46,539 bases of DNA from assembly GCA_048213135.1 (NCBI GenBank), contig PS015232.1:1-46539 (forward strand). The letters are read 5' to 3'. Source of the DNA: Reclinomonas americana ATCC 50394. Taxonomy: Eukaryota. The number at the start of each line of letters is the position of its first letter. Within the stretch, counting starts at the first letter, position 1. Below the pieces are notes generated by a model that was given only the letters and a program-made list of their open reading frames with translations, did not search any database and was not told where the DNA came from. Both the position numbers and the translations under genes were made by a program. Positions 1 to 12,200 of this stretch are shown here, in pieces.

Positions 1-323
1 CCTCTCCTCTCCTCTCCTCTCCTCTCCTCCTCCTCTCCTCTCCTCCTCCTCTCCTCTCCTCTCCTCCTCCTCCTCCTCCTCCTCCTCCTCTCCTCCTCCT
101 CCTCCTCCCTCCTCCTCCTCCTCCTCCTCCTCCTTCCCTCTCCTCCTCCTCCTCCTCCTCCTCCTTCCCTCCTCCTTCCCTCCTCCTCCCCCTCCTCCTT
201 CCCTCCTCCTTCCCCTCCTCCTCCCCCTCCTCCTTCCCCTCCTCCTTCCCCTCTCCTCTTCTCTCCTCCCCTCCCCTCCCCTCCCTTCTCCTCCTTTCCC
301 CTCCCCTCACTTTCCCCCTCCCA
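1..323 (+). repeat. Intronic (CCT)n/CT pyrimidine tract ending at the acceptor AG 323-324
   Basis: Direct reading of the sequence. Confidence 0.95.
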
Positions 324-324
324 G

Positions 325-3300
325 GGTACCCTGTGACAACCTTTTCACCTTCGAGCATCACCGCGGCGGTGGCCAACTCCTCGATCACTGTCACGGGAAC
401 CGGCATGGCGTCGACCGACGTGATGAAACTCGTGGTCGGCACCGACTGCAACAGCGTCTCGGCGACCTCTTACACCATGACGTTTTCGTCGACGACCGGC
501 CTGGTCTACGTGGCCACCACGTCGAATGCCAGCCTGGCGAAGAACTCGTACACGATTTGGTGCGCCTCGCCGGAGCCTGTTGTGTCGTGCTGGTTGCCTC
601 TGTGTGCTGATGCACGTGTGCAATCACAGCTACCAGTTCGCTGGATTTACAACATTCTTTGCCGTGAGCGCCACCCAGATTGAAGCCGGTGAGTGCAGCA
701 GTGGATGTGATGACAACACTCATCATGCTCAACTGCGTGTCGTACGCACAGTGCCTCCCGTCACTGGCTTTTCACCGACTGGGATCGTGTCGGAGACCAC
801 TGGCGAGCTGGTTACGGTGACAGGCACTGGCCTGGCCGCTGGTGACAGCATGCGACTGGTGGTCGGATCGGACTGCAACGACGGAACTGCGGCAAACTAC
901 GCCATGACATATGTGTCAGTGGCAGGCACGTCACCGACGATGGAATACACGGCGCGAACGGGCACCAACATCTTGGCCTCGAAGGCGTTCTCAGTGTGGT
1001 GAGTCTCATTCATTTGTGTGAGAATGTAGAGGGGGAGTAAGAGAAGCAAGAGGACGGAAGGGAGAGTGGAAAGGGAGAATGAGCGTGCTTGAAAGTAACT
1101 GTGTGTGATGAGTGAGAGAGTGTGGTTGGTGTGAGAGTGTGAGTGAGGAAGGGAGCGAAAGGGCGAGTGCAGTAAAGTAGTGAATAAGCGCGAAAGTGAA
1201 TGAGGGGGAAAGGGAGGAAATTAGAGAGTGAGCGAAAGAGAGTGTGTGAGTGAGTGGCTTGGTGGCAGATTGTAATTATAGCTGGATCATGCAACACGCT
1301 CGCTTGCTTTTATTTCTCACAATCTCTATTGCTTTCTCGCTCAATCGCTCTTTGCCTCACGTCCTTTCCCTTCGNNNNNNNNNNNNNNNNNNNNNNNNNN
1401 NNNNNNNNNNNNNNNNNNNNNNNNNNNNNNNNNNNNNNNNNNNNNNNNNNNNNNNNNNNNNNNNNNNNNNNNNNNNNNNNNNNNNNNNNNNNNNNNNNNN
1501 NNNNNNNNNNNNNNNNNNNNNNNNNNNNNNNNNNNNNNNNNNNNNNNNNNNNNNNNNNNNNNNNNNNNNNNNNNNNNCCAGCTACTTGTTCACCGGCTTC
1601 ACCAAATACATCCCCGTCACCACCGCCCAGCTCAACGTCGGTACGTATGAATCAGCCCTGCTCTTCCCTTCCTAGCCACCTCATCCTTGTGCATCAAAAC
1701 AGTCAAGTCGTTGGAGTCCTTTTCACCGACCAGCATCCGCGCCAAGACCGCCAATGAGTCCATTGTCGTTGTCGGTCACGGACTCACCAGCACCGACGCC
1801 GTCAGTTTGGTGATCGGTACCGACTGCAGTGTCGTTGGCGCGGCATCTTTCCGCTTGCGCTTCGTTTCCGCGGGTGGCACCGCCGGGGCCAGGACGCTCA
1901 CGGTCAAGGCGGCGGATACATCGCTGCTGTCTGGCACATTCAGCGTCTGGTGAGCTCTTCTGTTTTTCCATCGTTTCTGCGAGGTAATTCTCATTGTCAT
2001 TACCCCTGCAGCATTACATACACGATTGGATCATCGACTCTGACCGTGCAAGCTCCCGGCACACTAGCCTCTCGTGCGTCCTCGCGCACACGTGAAGAAA
2101 ATTTGTGCCTTTGCCTGACGACACCTGCACAGAGAAATCTGCCGACGCCTTCTCGCCAGTGAGCTTTCCCTCCGAGACACAGTATGCTGCCGTCACCATT
2201 ACCGGCGCAGATATGACCATGGGAGACTCAGTGGTACTGGCGTCCGGTGGCGGCTGCAACGACGTCGGGGCAACCATCACGGCTCTGGAGTTGGTGGCGG
2301 TGACTGGTGCGGCGGAGTCGACCACGGCAGTGGCACGAACTCCGGATACTAGCTTGCCACCCGGCGTTTACTCTGTGTGGTTCGTTCGTGCTGCATCACC
2401 GAGCCAGCGAATGTTTGGCGGAGGCCTCATCTTTTGATTGTGCGCTTGCAGCTACAAGTTCTCTGGCGACGCTTCGTACTTTACTGTCGGCGACTCGTCC
2501 CGGCTTTCCGTGTGTGCGTGCATCCATTCCTCTCATTGGTGTGTGCTGTTGCCTGTCTCAGACTTTCTCTGCACCACCACGCAGTGAAGACCATGGACAG
2601 CTTCCTGCCGGGAGGTATTCGAGCGCAGACGTCGGACGAGACGATTACGATCACCGGTCGCGGTCTGGCATCCACCGATGTGGTGAACTTGGTGCGCGGC
2701 AGCTGCACCAGCTTCCCGCGCTTCCTTTTGTTGCTGGTGTCTGCTGGTGGCAGTGCTGGAGCGCGGACACTGGCAGTCAAGGTCCCGAACGCCACGCTGA
2801 CTGCCGGCACGTACCTTGTCTGGTGAGATCAGTATGGGGAACGGAATCACCGTTGGTGCTCCTTATTCACACCCAATGTCTGTCTGTCTGTCTGTCTCTG
2901 TCTCTCTCTCTCTCTCTCTCTGTTTCTCTCTGTCTCTTTCTTGTGTGTGTGTGTGTCTCTCATTCGCTTTCTCCCTCTCTCTGTCCTTCTCTCTCTGTCT
3001 TTCTCTGTTTCCCCTCTCGCTTTCTCTCTCTGTCACTCTCTTATTCTCTCTCTCTGTCTCTCTGTCTCTCTCTCTCTCTGTCTCTCTCTTTCACTCTCTT
3101 ATTCTCTCTCTCCTCTCCCTCCATTCATCCCTCCTTCTCTCTCTCTCTCTCTTTGTCGCTGCGTCTCTCTCTTTCTCTTTCTGCCTATCTCTCTCTCCCT
3201 TGTGTGTCTCCCTCTGTGTCTCTCCCTTTCTCTCTCCCTCACTTTTTTCGCGTCACAGCATCCAGTACACACTGGCCTCCTCACCGACAACACTGACTGC

Positions 3301-5058
3301 TCAAACGGGCCTGCAGACCTCCATCACTGTTTGTGAGTGCGAAAGAAATGCAAGCATATCACTTTTTGTGTTGCTGACTGCGCAATGGTGCAGCACCCGT
3401 GGCGACCTCCATCACCTTCTCGCCGATTTCAATTGCCGCCGCCCTGCAGAGCCAGCAGATCACGCTCTCTGGGTCCGATCTGACCAGCCAGGACGCTTTG
3501 TTGTTGGTTGCCGGCGCCAGCTGCACCGCGCAGCCTGGGTACGCCATGCAACTGGCGCGATTCCAAGTTGATGGAGCGACGAGCTTGCGCACGGCCGTTT
3601 TTGGTACTCCAGACACGCTGCTGACAGTCGGAACGTACAACGTGTGGTACGCACAACTCGCCGCTGTAGTCTCCTAAGCTTAATCTCTGTGTGTTAACAA
3701 AGTCAGGCAACCCTGTGCAGTGTCCAGTTTGTTGGCTCCGTCTCGCCGACGCCAGTGAGTGGCGGACTGTTGACGGCTTTTGCACAATGTTGTGTCCTGT
3801 TTGTGTGCAATTCGCTTTCCCTTTCCATTGCGTTCGTGCTGATTTTGACTCGCGCCACAGCCACCAGCGGTCGCATCTCGTCGGTTTCAATCGCCATTCG
3901 CGCCGGACTGGCCAACCAGTCTGTCTACACCTCGGTGCCGACCAGCCAGTTCACCACCGCGCTCAGCGCACCAGCATTCTCTGTACGATCGACCAAGGAG
4001 TGCACGACGGCTGTGGCGTCCACGGCCGTGCAATCTGCAACTTCGTCGCCTGCTGGCACGGTCTACGATCTGGTGCTGGTTTTCGACACGACAAGCGAGT
4101 CGGCGGCGACCACGCGGTACCTGTGTGTCAGCGCTAACGGAGTGCTTGCGCCGCAGTTGGCAGCCACGATCACCATTTGTTGCGTGCCACTCACTTTTGG
4201 AGATGAATGATTGCAGCTGACACATCCGTCGCACAGACTCGATTACTGCTGTTACTCCGGCTATGCTGCCGCAGGGCTTGCTTGCCCAGCAGGTGCAGAT
4301 CACCGGCGCTGGCTTCTCCACGTCGATTCCAAGCACGGCTGCAAACGGCACGAATCCAGCGACTCCGGGACCGAGTGCAGCCGCGATCTTCTTGTCCACT
4401 TCGGCCACCTGTGCCTCAGCAGACGTTCCCGTCACAGTCAGCGCAGTTGCTCCGAATGCGATCCGCCTGGCCGTGTCGACGGCCTCTGCTGTGTCAGCCG
4501 CCTCGTGCACGTTCTACACAGCGGCGGAGTACCAGATTTGCTTGCGGTAAGCAACCTGTTGCACATTACTCGGCGATGCATCCCCCTCTCTCCCGCTCGC
4601 ATCTATCTCTGATTCTCTCTCTCTCTCTCTCTCACTCACACACACACACACACACTGTCCCGCGTTCGTTCTGCTGTCTCCATCTCTGTTCCTCTTTCTA
4701 TCTCACTCCCTCTCCCCTCGCTGACTCGCTGCCAGAACAACCCTCCTCTCTATCACCCTCACCTCTATCTCTATCTCCCTCACCCTCGCCCTCACCCTCA
4801 CCGACTTACTCTTGCTCTCTTCGTTGGTCTCCTCTCTTGCAAACCGTTGCATCTCTTTCTCTCCCTCTCCCTCTCCCTCTCTCTCTCCCTCTCCTCTATC
4901 CCTCACCCTGCCCCTCTTCCACTCCCTCTCCCTCGCCCTCCTCTTCCTCGCCCTCTCCCTCTTACTCTCGTCGCCGTCTCTGTCACTCTGTCTTTCTCTC
5001 CCTCTTCCCTTCTTCATCTCAACCCAATCGCCCTCACCCTCACCCTAACCCTCATCCT

Positions 5059-5145
<87 letters not shown>

Positions 5146-7154
5146 CCTTTCCGTCTCCCTGTTCTCTCTCCCTCTCCCTCTCCCTCTCCCTCACCTTGCC
5201 CCTCCCCTTCCCCTTCCCCCTTCCCCTATCCCCCTCTCCCTCATCCTTCTTCGCCCTCTCGAACACAGCTACCAAGACGGATCGTACGTGCCAGTCGGGA
5301 GCACGTTCACCATCACTGCCCCGGCCACTCCAGTCATTGGTTTCATGGTGCCGTCCAACTTTGCGCTGAACAGGGCCACGCAAGTGAGCATTCGCTCCGT
5401 GAACAGCGCGTTCACCAGCTGCACGCGCTTCCGCATTGTGGAAACGAACAGCGTGGTCAATCTCACTGACTGCCAGAACTCGGCGGCTTCTGGTTCGTCT
5501 CCTCCGTGCTCCGTTGCTTCTCATGTGGAATTCTCTGACGCACTCTTCGCCTCCAGCAACGGCGACGGTGTCGTCGTATGTGGCGGGAGTGCTTGACGCG
5601 TCGGCATGCTCAAGCACTGGCTGCTCCACATACACGATCTCGGTCACCGCCACGACGTCAGGAAACACCAAGCTGTGCGTCGCGACATACCCAACTGGTC
5701 CTGCCTCAGTGTTTGGAGGCGATAATGTGTCGTCGGGCATCACGGTGCAAACGTCTAGCGTGGCTGCCAACCAAGTGTCGACCACCGTGCGTTGTCGTTG
5801 ATGTTCTTCCTTCCCTGCTGTCGCTGACCCGAATTCACTTCTCCTCCGCGCACGCGCAGCTGTCGACGGGTACTGGTGTGCGCTCGTCGCTTATCACGCA
5901 CACATTCCCGTCGCCATTCGCTGGCACTCCGCGTGTCTTGATTGGCTTGTCGGCGATTGTCAACGAAACGGAGGACAACACGCAAGTGTTTTGTGGCATT
6001 CCCACCGTGACGACGACCGACGTGGCTGTTCGATGCTCGGTGTTTGGCACCACACGCCTCACGTCGCTGATCACCAGTTGAGCGCGCTCACTTGCCGACA
6101 TGCTCATCTGTGGCGTTGGTCTTACTGTCGACCTTGGCAGACTACATTGCGACTTACAGCCCTGTGGGCTCTGTTCTCACGTTTGCCGGGCAGACGGGTA
6201 TTATCCGGGGGCCGGCCATCTGGACGAACACGAGCACGAACAAGCGGTCGAGCATTGTTGCGTTGGAGAGGAGAAGATAGTGGGAGAAGGGATCGACTGG
6301 AGAGAAAGAGGGAGGAAGGGAGAGAGAGAGGGAGGGAAGTGAGAGAGGGAGTGAGTGAATGAGTGCATGAGAGTGAGCTCGAGTCATTGAGTGAGTGAGT
6401 GAGAGTGAGTGAGTGCAATTATAGGGTGTGAGAGAAAATCTGCAGATGCGCTGGCTGTGTGGATTCGAGTGCGGCTCACATTGGTCGTCTATGTTGCCGC
6501 AGTTGGTCAACGTTCGCCAGGTTCAACAGTTTGAGTATCCGCCAAGTGTCGCCGTCGTTCTGTCGGGCGTCTCGACTGTGCGCTTGGCCGGTGCCGGCAA
6601 CATCCGCAACGAGGAGTTTGAGGTGGCCGTCAGTCGGCAGAGTGGAGGCAACACGGCGTCACTGCGGCTGACAGTGCGCGGCGACAGTCGAGTGGAGAGC
6701 ATGGCCTGCCGGTACTTGTTCATTGGCTCCGCTATCGACGAGCGCGACAACATGTCGGGATACATTATGCTCAGCGGAGGTGTGTGTTCTATATTGAGTG
6801 GTGCCACCTCGGCTCCCAGCGTATTCTCAACTGTGTTTGGCCACTACAGAGACCAAGCATGTGGGAACAGCGGCTGTCACTGCGTCGTTCATCAACAGAA
6901 GTGCCGCACCCTACGGCCTGCGCCAGTCAGGCTTCCAGTACGCCCTCTTCCTTCGCGGGTGGAAGACACTAACGACGACGGCCGGCAGCGTCGCGCCCTC
7001 TATCCTCCACAGCAACGGTGTGCCGGAACAGGGCACGGCCCCGACAGGCGCATACGGTCGCTTGGTGATCACGCCGTCGAGTGGTGCGCAGATTGGCGAG
7101 ACGTACGTGACGTGGGTGGCCATCGCCATGCCCGCTCGAGTCAATGGCAACTAA
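325..7154 (+). CDS. Large multi-exon, probably extracellular protein: ~8 tandem ~100-aa Ig/IPT(TIG)-like beta repeats, then C-terminal H-type-lectin-like domains; 5' end outside window
   Basis: Inferred exons: 325-559, 630-688, 752-998, 1582-1640, 1703-1949, 2012-2073, 2133-2379, 2452-2513, 2585-2822, 3259-3332, 3394-3646, 3721-3788, 3861-4178, 4237-4546, 5269-5492, 5557-5786, 5860-6076, 6141-6256, 6503-6779, 6850-7154 (TAA). All GT-AG and frame-compatible. Repeat consensus FSP.si....ITVTG.GL.S.D...LV.G..C....Y.VC. C-terminal motifs THTFPSPFAGTPRVLIGLSAI and QQFEYPPSVAVVLSGV resemble the H-type lectin F...F..PP.V..L pattern. Domain names are by eye. Confidence 0.75.
5031..5146 (+). repeat. 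(CACCCT)n hexamer microsatellite in intron 4547-5268
   Basis: Near-perfect array with one CCCTAA unit and one CATCCT unit. Confidence 0.95.
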
Positions 7155-7642
7155 AGAGAAAAAAGATGGTTATTTTTTGTAAAGGACACATACACGCATC
7201 ATGGCGAAGAAAGGAATTGGGCAAGCGATGGCTGCCGTCTGCTCCAGCACTGATCGTGTGTGTCGAGAAGGGAAGAAAAACGAGCACAGGTGCACAACAA
7301 ACAACAAGTTCACTTATTCNNNNNNNNNNNNNNNNNNNNNNNNNNNNNNNNNNNNNNNNNNNNNNNNNNNNNNNNNNNNNNNNNNNNNNNNNNNNNNNNN
7401 NNNNNNNNNNNNNNNNNNNNNNNNNNNNNNNNNNNNNNNNNNNNNNNNNNNNNNNNNNNNNNNNNNNNNNNNNNNNNNNNNNNNNNNNNNNNNNNNNNNN
7501 NNNNNNNNNNNNNNNNNNNNNNNNNNNNNNNNNNNNNNNNNNNNNNNNNNNNNNNNNNNNNNNNNNNNNNNNNNNNNNNNNNNNNNNNNNNNNNNNNNNN
7601 NNNNNNNNNNNNNNNNNNNNNNNNNNNNNNNNNNNNNNNNNN

Positions 7643-7975
7643 AGGAGAAGAAGAAGAAGTAGAAGAAGAACAAGAAAAAGATGATGATGATGAAAAAGAA
7701 GAAGAAGAAGAAGAAGAAAAGAACAAGAGGGAGAAGAAGAAGTAGAAGAAGAGCAAGAAGAACAAGAACAAGAACAAGAAGAAGAAGAAGAAGAGGAAGA
7801 AGAAGGAGGAGAAGGAGAAGGAGAATGAGAAGGAGAAGAAGAAGAACAAGAAGAAGAAGAGGAAAAAGAACAAGAGGAAGAAGAACAATGAACAAGAACA
7901 AGAACAAGAACAAGAAGAGCAAGAGAACAACAAGAACAAGAAGCAGAGAAAGAAGAAGAATGAAGAAGAGAAGAA
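7643..7975 (+). repeat. (GAA)n-like tract; pyrimidine-rich intron sequence of the minus-strand gene
   Basis: Direct reading of the sequence. Confidence 0.9.
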
Positions 7976-8030
7976 GTGCGACAGACAAGTGACGAATGAC
8001 CTCTCTCTCCCCCCCGTGTCTCTCACACAC

Positions 8031-8593
8031 CTGATACTCCGCCACACACTCCATCAGCTCCGCATAACGCGTGGCCAGTGCATCACAGCGCGGCGACGCC
8101 TCCGCAAACCGCTCTTGCAGATACAAGCGCATAATCGCGCGATCAGGCGTCACAGGCATCGACTCCACCTAAAAAAAAAAAAAAAAAAACAAGCACACAA
8201 ACAGAGAGAGAAGGGGGAAGGGAGGGAGGGAGAGAGAGAGGGAGGGTGAGACAGAGAGCAAACATTCACTCACTCACTCACTCTCTCACTCACTCCCTCA
8301 CTCACTCACACACTCACTCACACACTCACTCGTGCACGCTCACTCAAACCCCACTTAAGAGAGAAAAAGCGATGGATATAAACGCCTAAAGCGATGCCTA
8401 AACTGCACTCTCTCTCTCTCTCTCACACACACACAATGAATGCATCCTTCAGTCTCTCTCTCTCTTTCTCTCTCTCTTGTTCTTCTCACGCAACTTGCGC
8501 AGTGGGCTTTGCGTGTGTGGAAGTCACTGCGGCAGACACTCGTCCACTCACACCACGATAGATGCGTTGGAGTGCTTGATCGAGTCTTTGCAT
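8031..8593 (-). CDS. Small hypothetical protein (two visible exons; 3' part in or beyond the gap)
   Basis: Exon 8593-8495 (MQRLDQALQRIYRGVSGRVSAAVTSTHAKPTAQ), donor A|GTTGCG at 8494, polyT-TAG acceptor at 8169. Exon 8168-8031 (VESMPVTPDRAIMRLYLQERF...ALATRYAELMECVAEYQ), donor G|GTGTG at 8030. A possible last exon starts at 7249. Faint, unverified resemblance to FMC1/LYR-type mitochondrial proteins. Confidence 0.5.
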
Positions 8594-9090
8594 TGTGTGA
8601 GAGAGAGAGAGAGAGTGAGAGAGAGAGNNNNNNNNNNNNNNNNNNNNNNNNNNNNNNNNNNNNNNNNNNNNNNNNNNNNNNNNNNNNNNNNNNNNNNNNN
8701 NNNNNNNNNNNNNNNNNNNNNNNNNNNNNNNNNNNNNNNNNNNNNNNNNNNNNNNNNNNNNNNNNNNNNNNNNNNNNNNNNNNNNNNNNNNNNNNNNNNN
8801 NNNNNNNNNNNNNNNNNNNNNNNNNNNNNNNNNNNNNNNNNNNNNNNNNNNNNNNNNNNNNNNNNNNNNNNNNNNNNNNNNNNNNNNNNNNNNNNNNNNN
8901 NNNNNNNNNNNNNNNNNNNNNNNNNNNNNNNNNNNNNNNNNNNNNNNNNNNNNNNNNNNNNNNNNNNNNNNNNNNNNNNNNNNNNNNNNNNNNNNNNNNN
9001 NNNNNNNNNNNNNNNNNNNNNNNNNNNNNNNNNNNNNNNNNNNNNNNNNNNNNNNNNNNNNNNNNNNNNNNNNNNNNNNNNNNNNNNNNN

Positions 9091-9198
9091 TGTGTGTGTG
9101 TGAGTGAGTGAGTGAGTGAGTGAGCGAGTGAGTGAGTGAGTGAGTGAGTGAGTGAGTGAGTGAGTGAGTGAGTGAGTGAGTGAGTGAGTGAGTGAGTG
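9091..9198 (+). repeat. (GT)n/(GAGT)n microsatellite upstream of ABCA
   Basis: Direct reading of the sequence. Confidence 0.95.
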
Positions 9199-9259
9199 AC
9201 AGAGCCTGTGTGCTCGCTGAGAGCATTTGTGGCCTTTGTGCCTTTGCTTTGTGATAATA

Positions 9260-12200
9260 ATGGGAACTCTCTTGGCTCTTCTTCGTCGCAAGCGCACGAT
9301 TATAGTTGCGTCGCTGTTGTATGAGCTCCGTCCGTCCGTAGCAGGAGAGATGGCGAGGAAAATGGAAGTGGATGGTGACAAGAAGCCGATGAGATGCGAT
9401 GGAGATTTTTTTCGGTGATCGCTCTCTTCTGTTGTGCGACACTGATGCACACACACACACACACACACTCTCTCTGGCATGCACTCTTGTGTACACTGAT
9501 GCACACTCGTGCATTTTGCAGGAAGAATTCTCGAACATGCATGCATGCTGACTACTCCGTGCATTCTCACTTCCTCACCTCTCTCTCTCTCGCACGCACT
9601 CACTTACGCACATTCGCTCACTCGCCAACACACTCTCTTCTCTCTCTTCTCTCACTCAGACTCGCTCTTGCATGCTCGTGCAGTTGCAGGAGAAATTCTC
9701 GATCATGCATGCGTGCTGACTACTCAGTGCATTCTCACTCTCTCACCTCTCTCTCTCTCGCACACACTCACTTACGAACATTCACTCACTCGCCAACACA
9801 CTCTCTTACTCACTCTGTCACTCACTCTGTCACTCATCTCTCACTTCCTTCCCTTCTCTCTCTCCCCTGTCCTTTGTCTCTCTCACTCACGCCCTCGCTT
9901 CTGTCTGCGCTATCCGTTTCTCTCCTGCCTTCTCCCTCATCCTCCCCTCTCACTCTCTCACTAATGCAGAGTCCGCTCGATCTCTCCTCCGTCCCTTCCT
10001 CCTTTCCATTCCTCACTCCCGCATCCCCTCGCTTCTATCTGCGCTCCCGTTTCTCTCCTGCTTCTCCCTCATAATCCTCTCTCCGTTTCTCACTCGCACG
10101 GAGACTGCTCGATCTCTCTCTGTCCTTCCTCCTTTCCATTCCACCCCTCGCTTCTGTCTGTGCTCTCCGTTTCTCTCCTGCTTCCTCCCTCATGCTCTCC
10201 TGTCGTACGTACACTGTTCACACCCTCCCTTCCCCGTTCCCGCCCCTTTCCCTTCTCCCTTACCCATTCCCTTTGCCCTTTCCCCTTTACCCTTCCCCTT
10301 CCCCCTCACCCTCCCTTCTCCCTCTCCCCCTTCCGCCTTCTCCTTCTCCAGTGGCGCAACCGACGCGCCTTCTTCCTCGGCCTCATGACACCCTGCGTGT
10401 TCGTGCTCGTCGCCGGCATCCTGTACAAGGTGCTGACGCCGTCGCCTCCGACGCCCACCTCCCTGACGCCCGAGTTTCGTTCCTTTCCCACTCCTCCCTC
10501 TCCCTTCTTGAACCTCTCATCACTGTGGATTCGCAGTCACTTCTCCGGCCGCCCCACTGTGCCGTACCAGGCGCTGGGTGCGGTTGATGCAGGGCAAGTG
10601 GCGGCGATCCTGTCGGCGGGCATTGCCGGCTCGTCACTGGTGCTGAACAGTGTCGCTTCGTCGACAAACTTCAACACGTACTTGGAGAACAATGCGGCGG
10701 ATTACCTGACGGGAGTGACGTTCTCGGCGGCGTCGCCCTCGTCCGCCTCTGTCAACACGTACTTCAACAACACCTCGTCGAACTACGACTTGTTGAGCAC
10801 GGTGTCGCTGGTGGCCAATGGCCTGTTGCGCACGAGCACCAACAACCAGGCGCTCTCCATGCCCGGCTCGATGCTCATCTATCCGAACTTCAACCTCGCC
10901 GATTTCACCTTTTTGTTCACTGGACCCGTGCTGTACGGCTACGGTCTGGTGTTCATGAGCACGACACTGGTGATTCTGGTGGTCACCGAGCGCGAGAAGC
11001 ACCTCAAGCTCCAGCTGCAGCTCTCGTCACTGCCGCTGCGCATGTACTGGCTGGGCGAATTCATCAGCGATTACCTATTTGTGCTGCTGGCCTCCATCTT
11101 GATGCTGATTCTCGGCCTCGCCTTCCAAATGCCACCATTCCAGGGCAACATCTCCCCACTCATCTACATCATCTACTTTTTACTGATGCCCGCCTGCCTG
11201 GTGCTCTTCGTGCACTGCCTCTCGTTCCTGTTCAACTCGGCCGAGAATGCCACTCGTTGCGTTGGGTGGGAGGGCGATGCGTGAGGGAATAGTTTGTTGA
11301 CTTCAAATGCAGGCTTCTTCCCGCTGGTCCTCTCCATCTTCACCATTGTTCCGTACTACATTATTCGCTTCGTCTTTGGTGGGCTCAACTCGACACCGCC
11401 CGATGGGTGAGTGCTCGCGCGTGCATGCTGTCTTCACAACTCCGCTGACACCCCGCTTTTATTCGCGCAGCCCCAACATTGGCTTTAGCGTGATCCCGAC
11501 CTACTCGATTTCATTTTTCTTGCAGCTGCTGACGCAGGCGACGGCCCTCAAGAGCACGCTGCCGGCCGGTGCCATTGTCTCCAACACCACCATCCTGTCG
11601 CTCTACTTGATTCAGCTGGGCGAGATCGCCGTGTTTGCCGGCATCATTGCCACGATCGAGTACGTCAAGTTCCGCCGCCTCCGCACCGGTGCGCTGCGTG
11701 CGCGCAGCGCCACGTTTGTGCCATCGCCCGACGAGGACGACGATGTGCGGGCCGAGAGGGAACGCATCAACCAACGGCGTTGCGTTTTGTCTTGCTTGTC
11801 GCTCGTCAGCATTTTCTGTGCTGTGCTTACGTCTCGCGTCGCAGATGGACAAGGTCATGTGCTCGAGGTCAAGAACGTGAACAAGCTGTTCGGCCTAAAG
11901 CACGTTGTCAACAATGTGTCTCTCGGAGTGGGCATGGGCGAATGTTTCGGTCTGCTTGGCCCCAATGGCGCCGGCAGTTGAGTGCTTGTGGACTCGTGCT
12001 GCTTGTTTGGCGAGGCTAATCAGCGCTTGCTTTCTCAGAAACCACTCTGATTGGCGTGCTGACGGGCGTGGTCGGCCCGTCGGCTGGCGACGCCTCGGTG
12101 CAAGGCCNNNNNNNNNNNNNNNNNNNNNNNNNNNNNNNNNNNNNNNNNNNNNNNNNNNNNNNNNNNNNNNNNNNNNNNNNNNNNNNNNNNNNNNNNNNNN

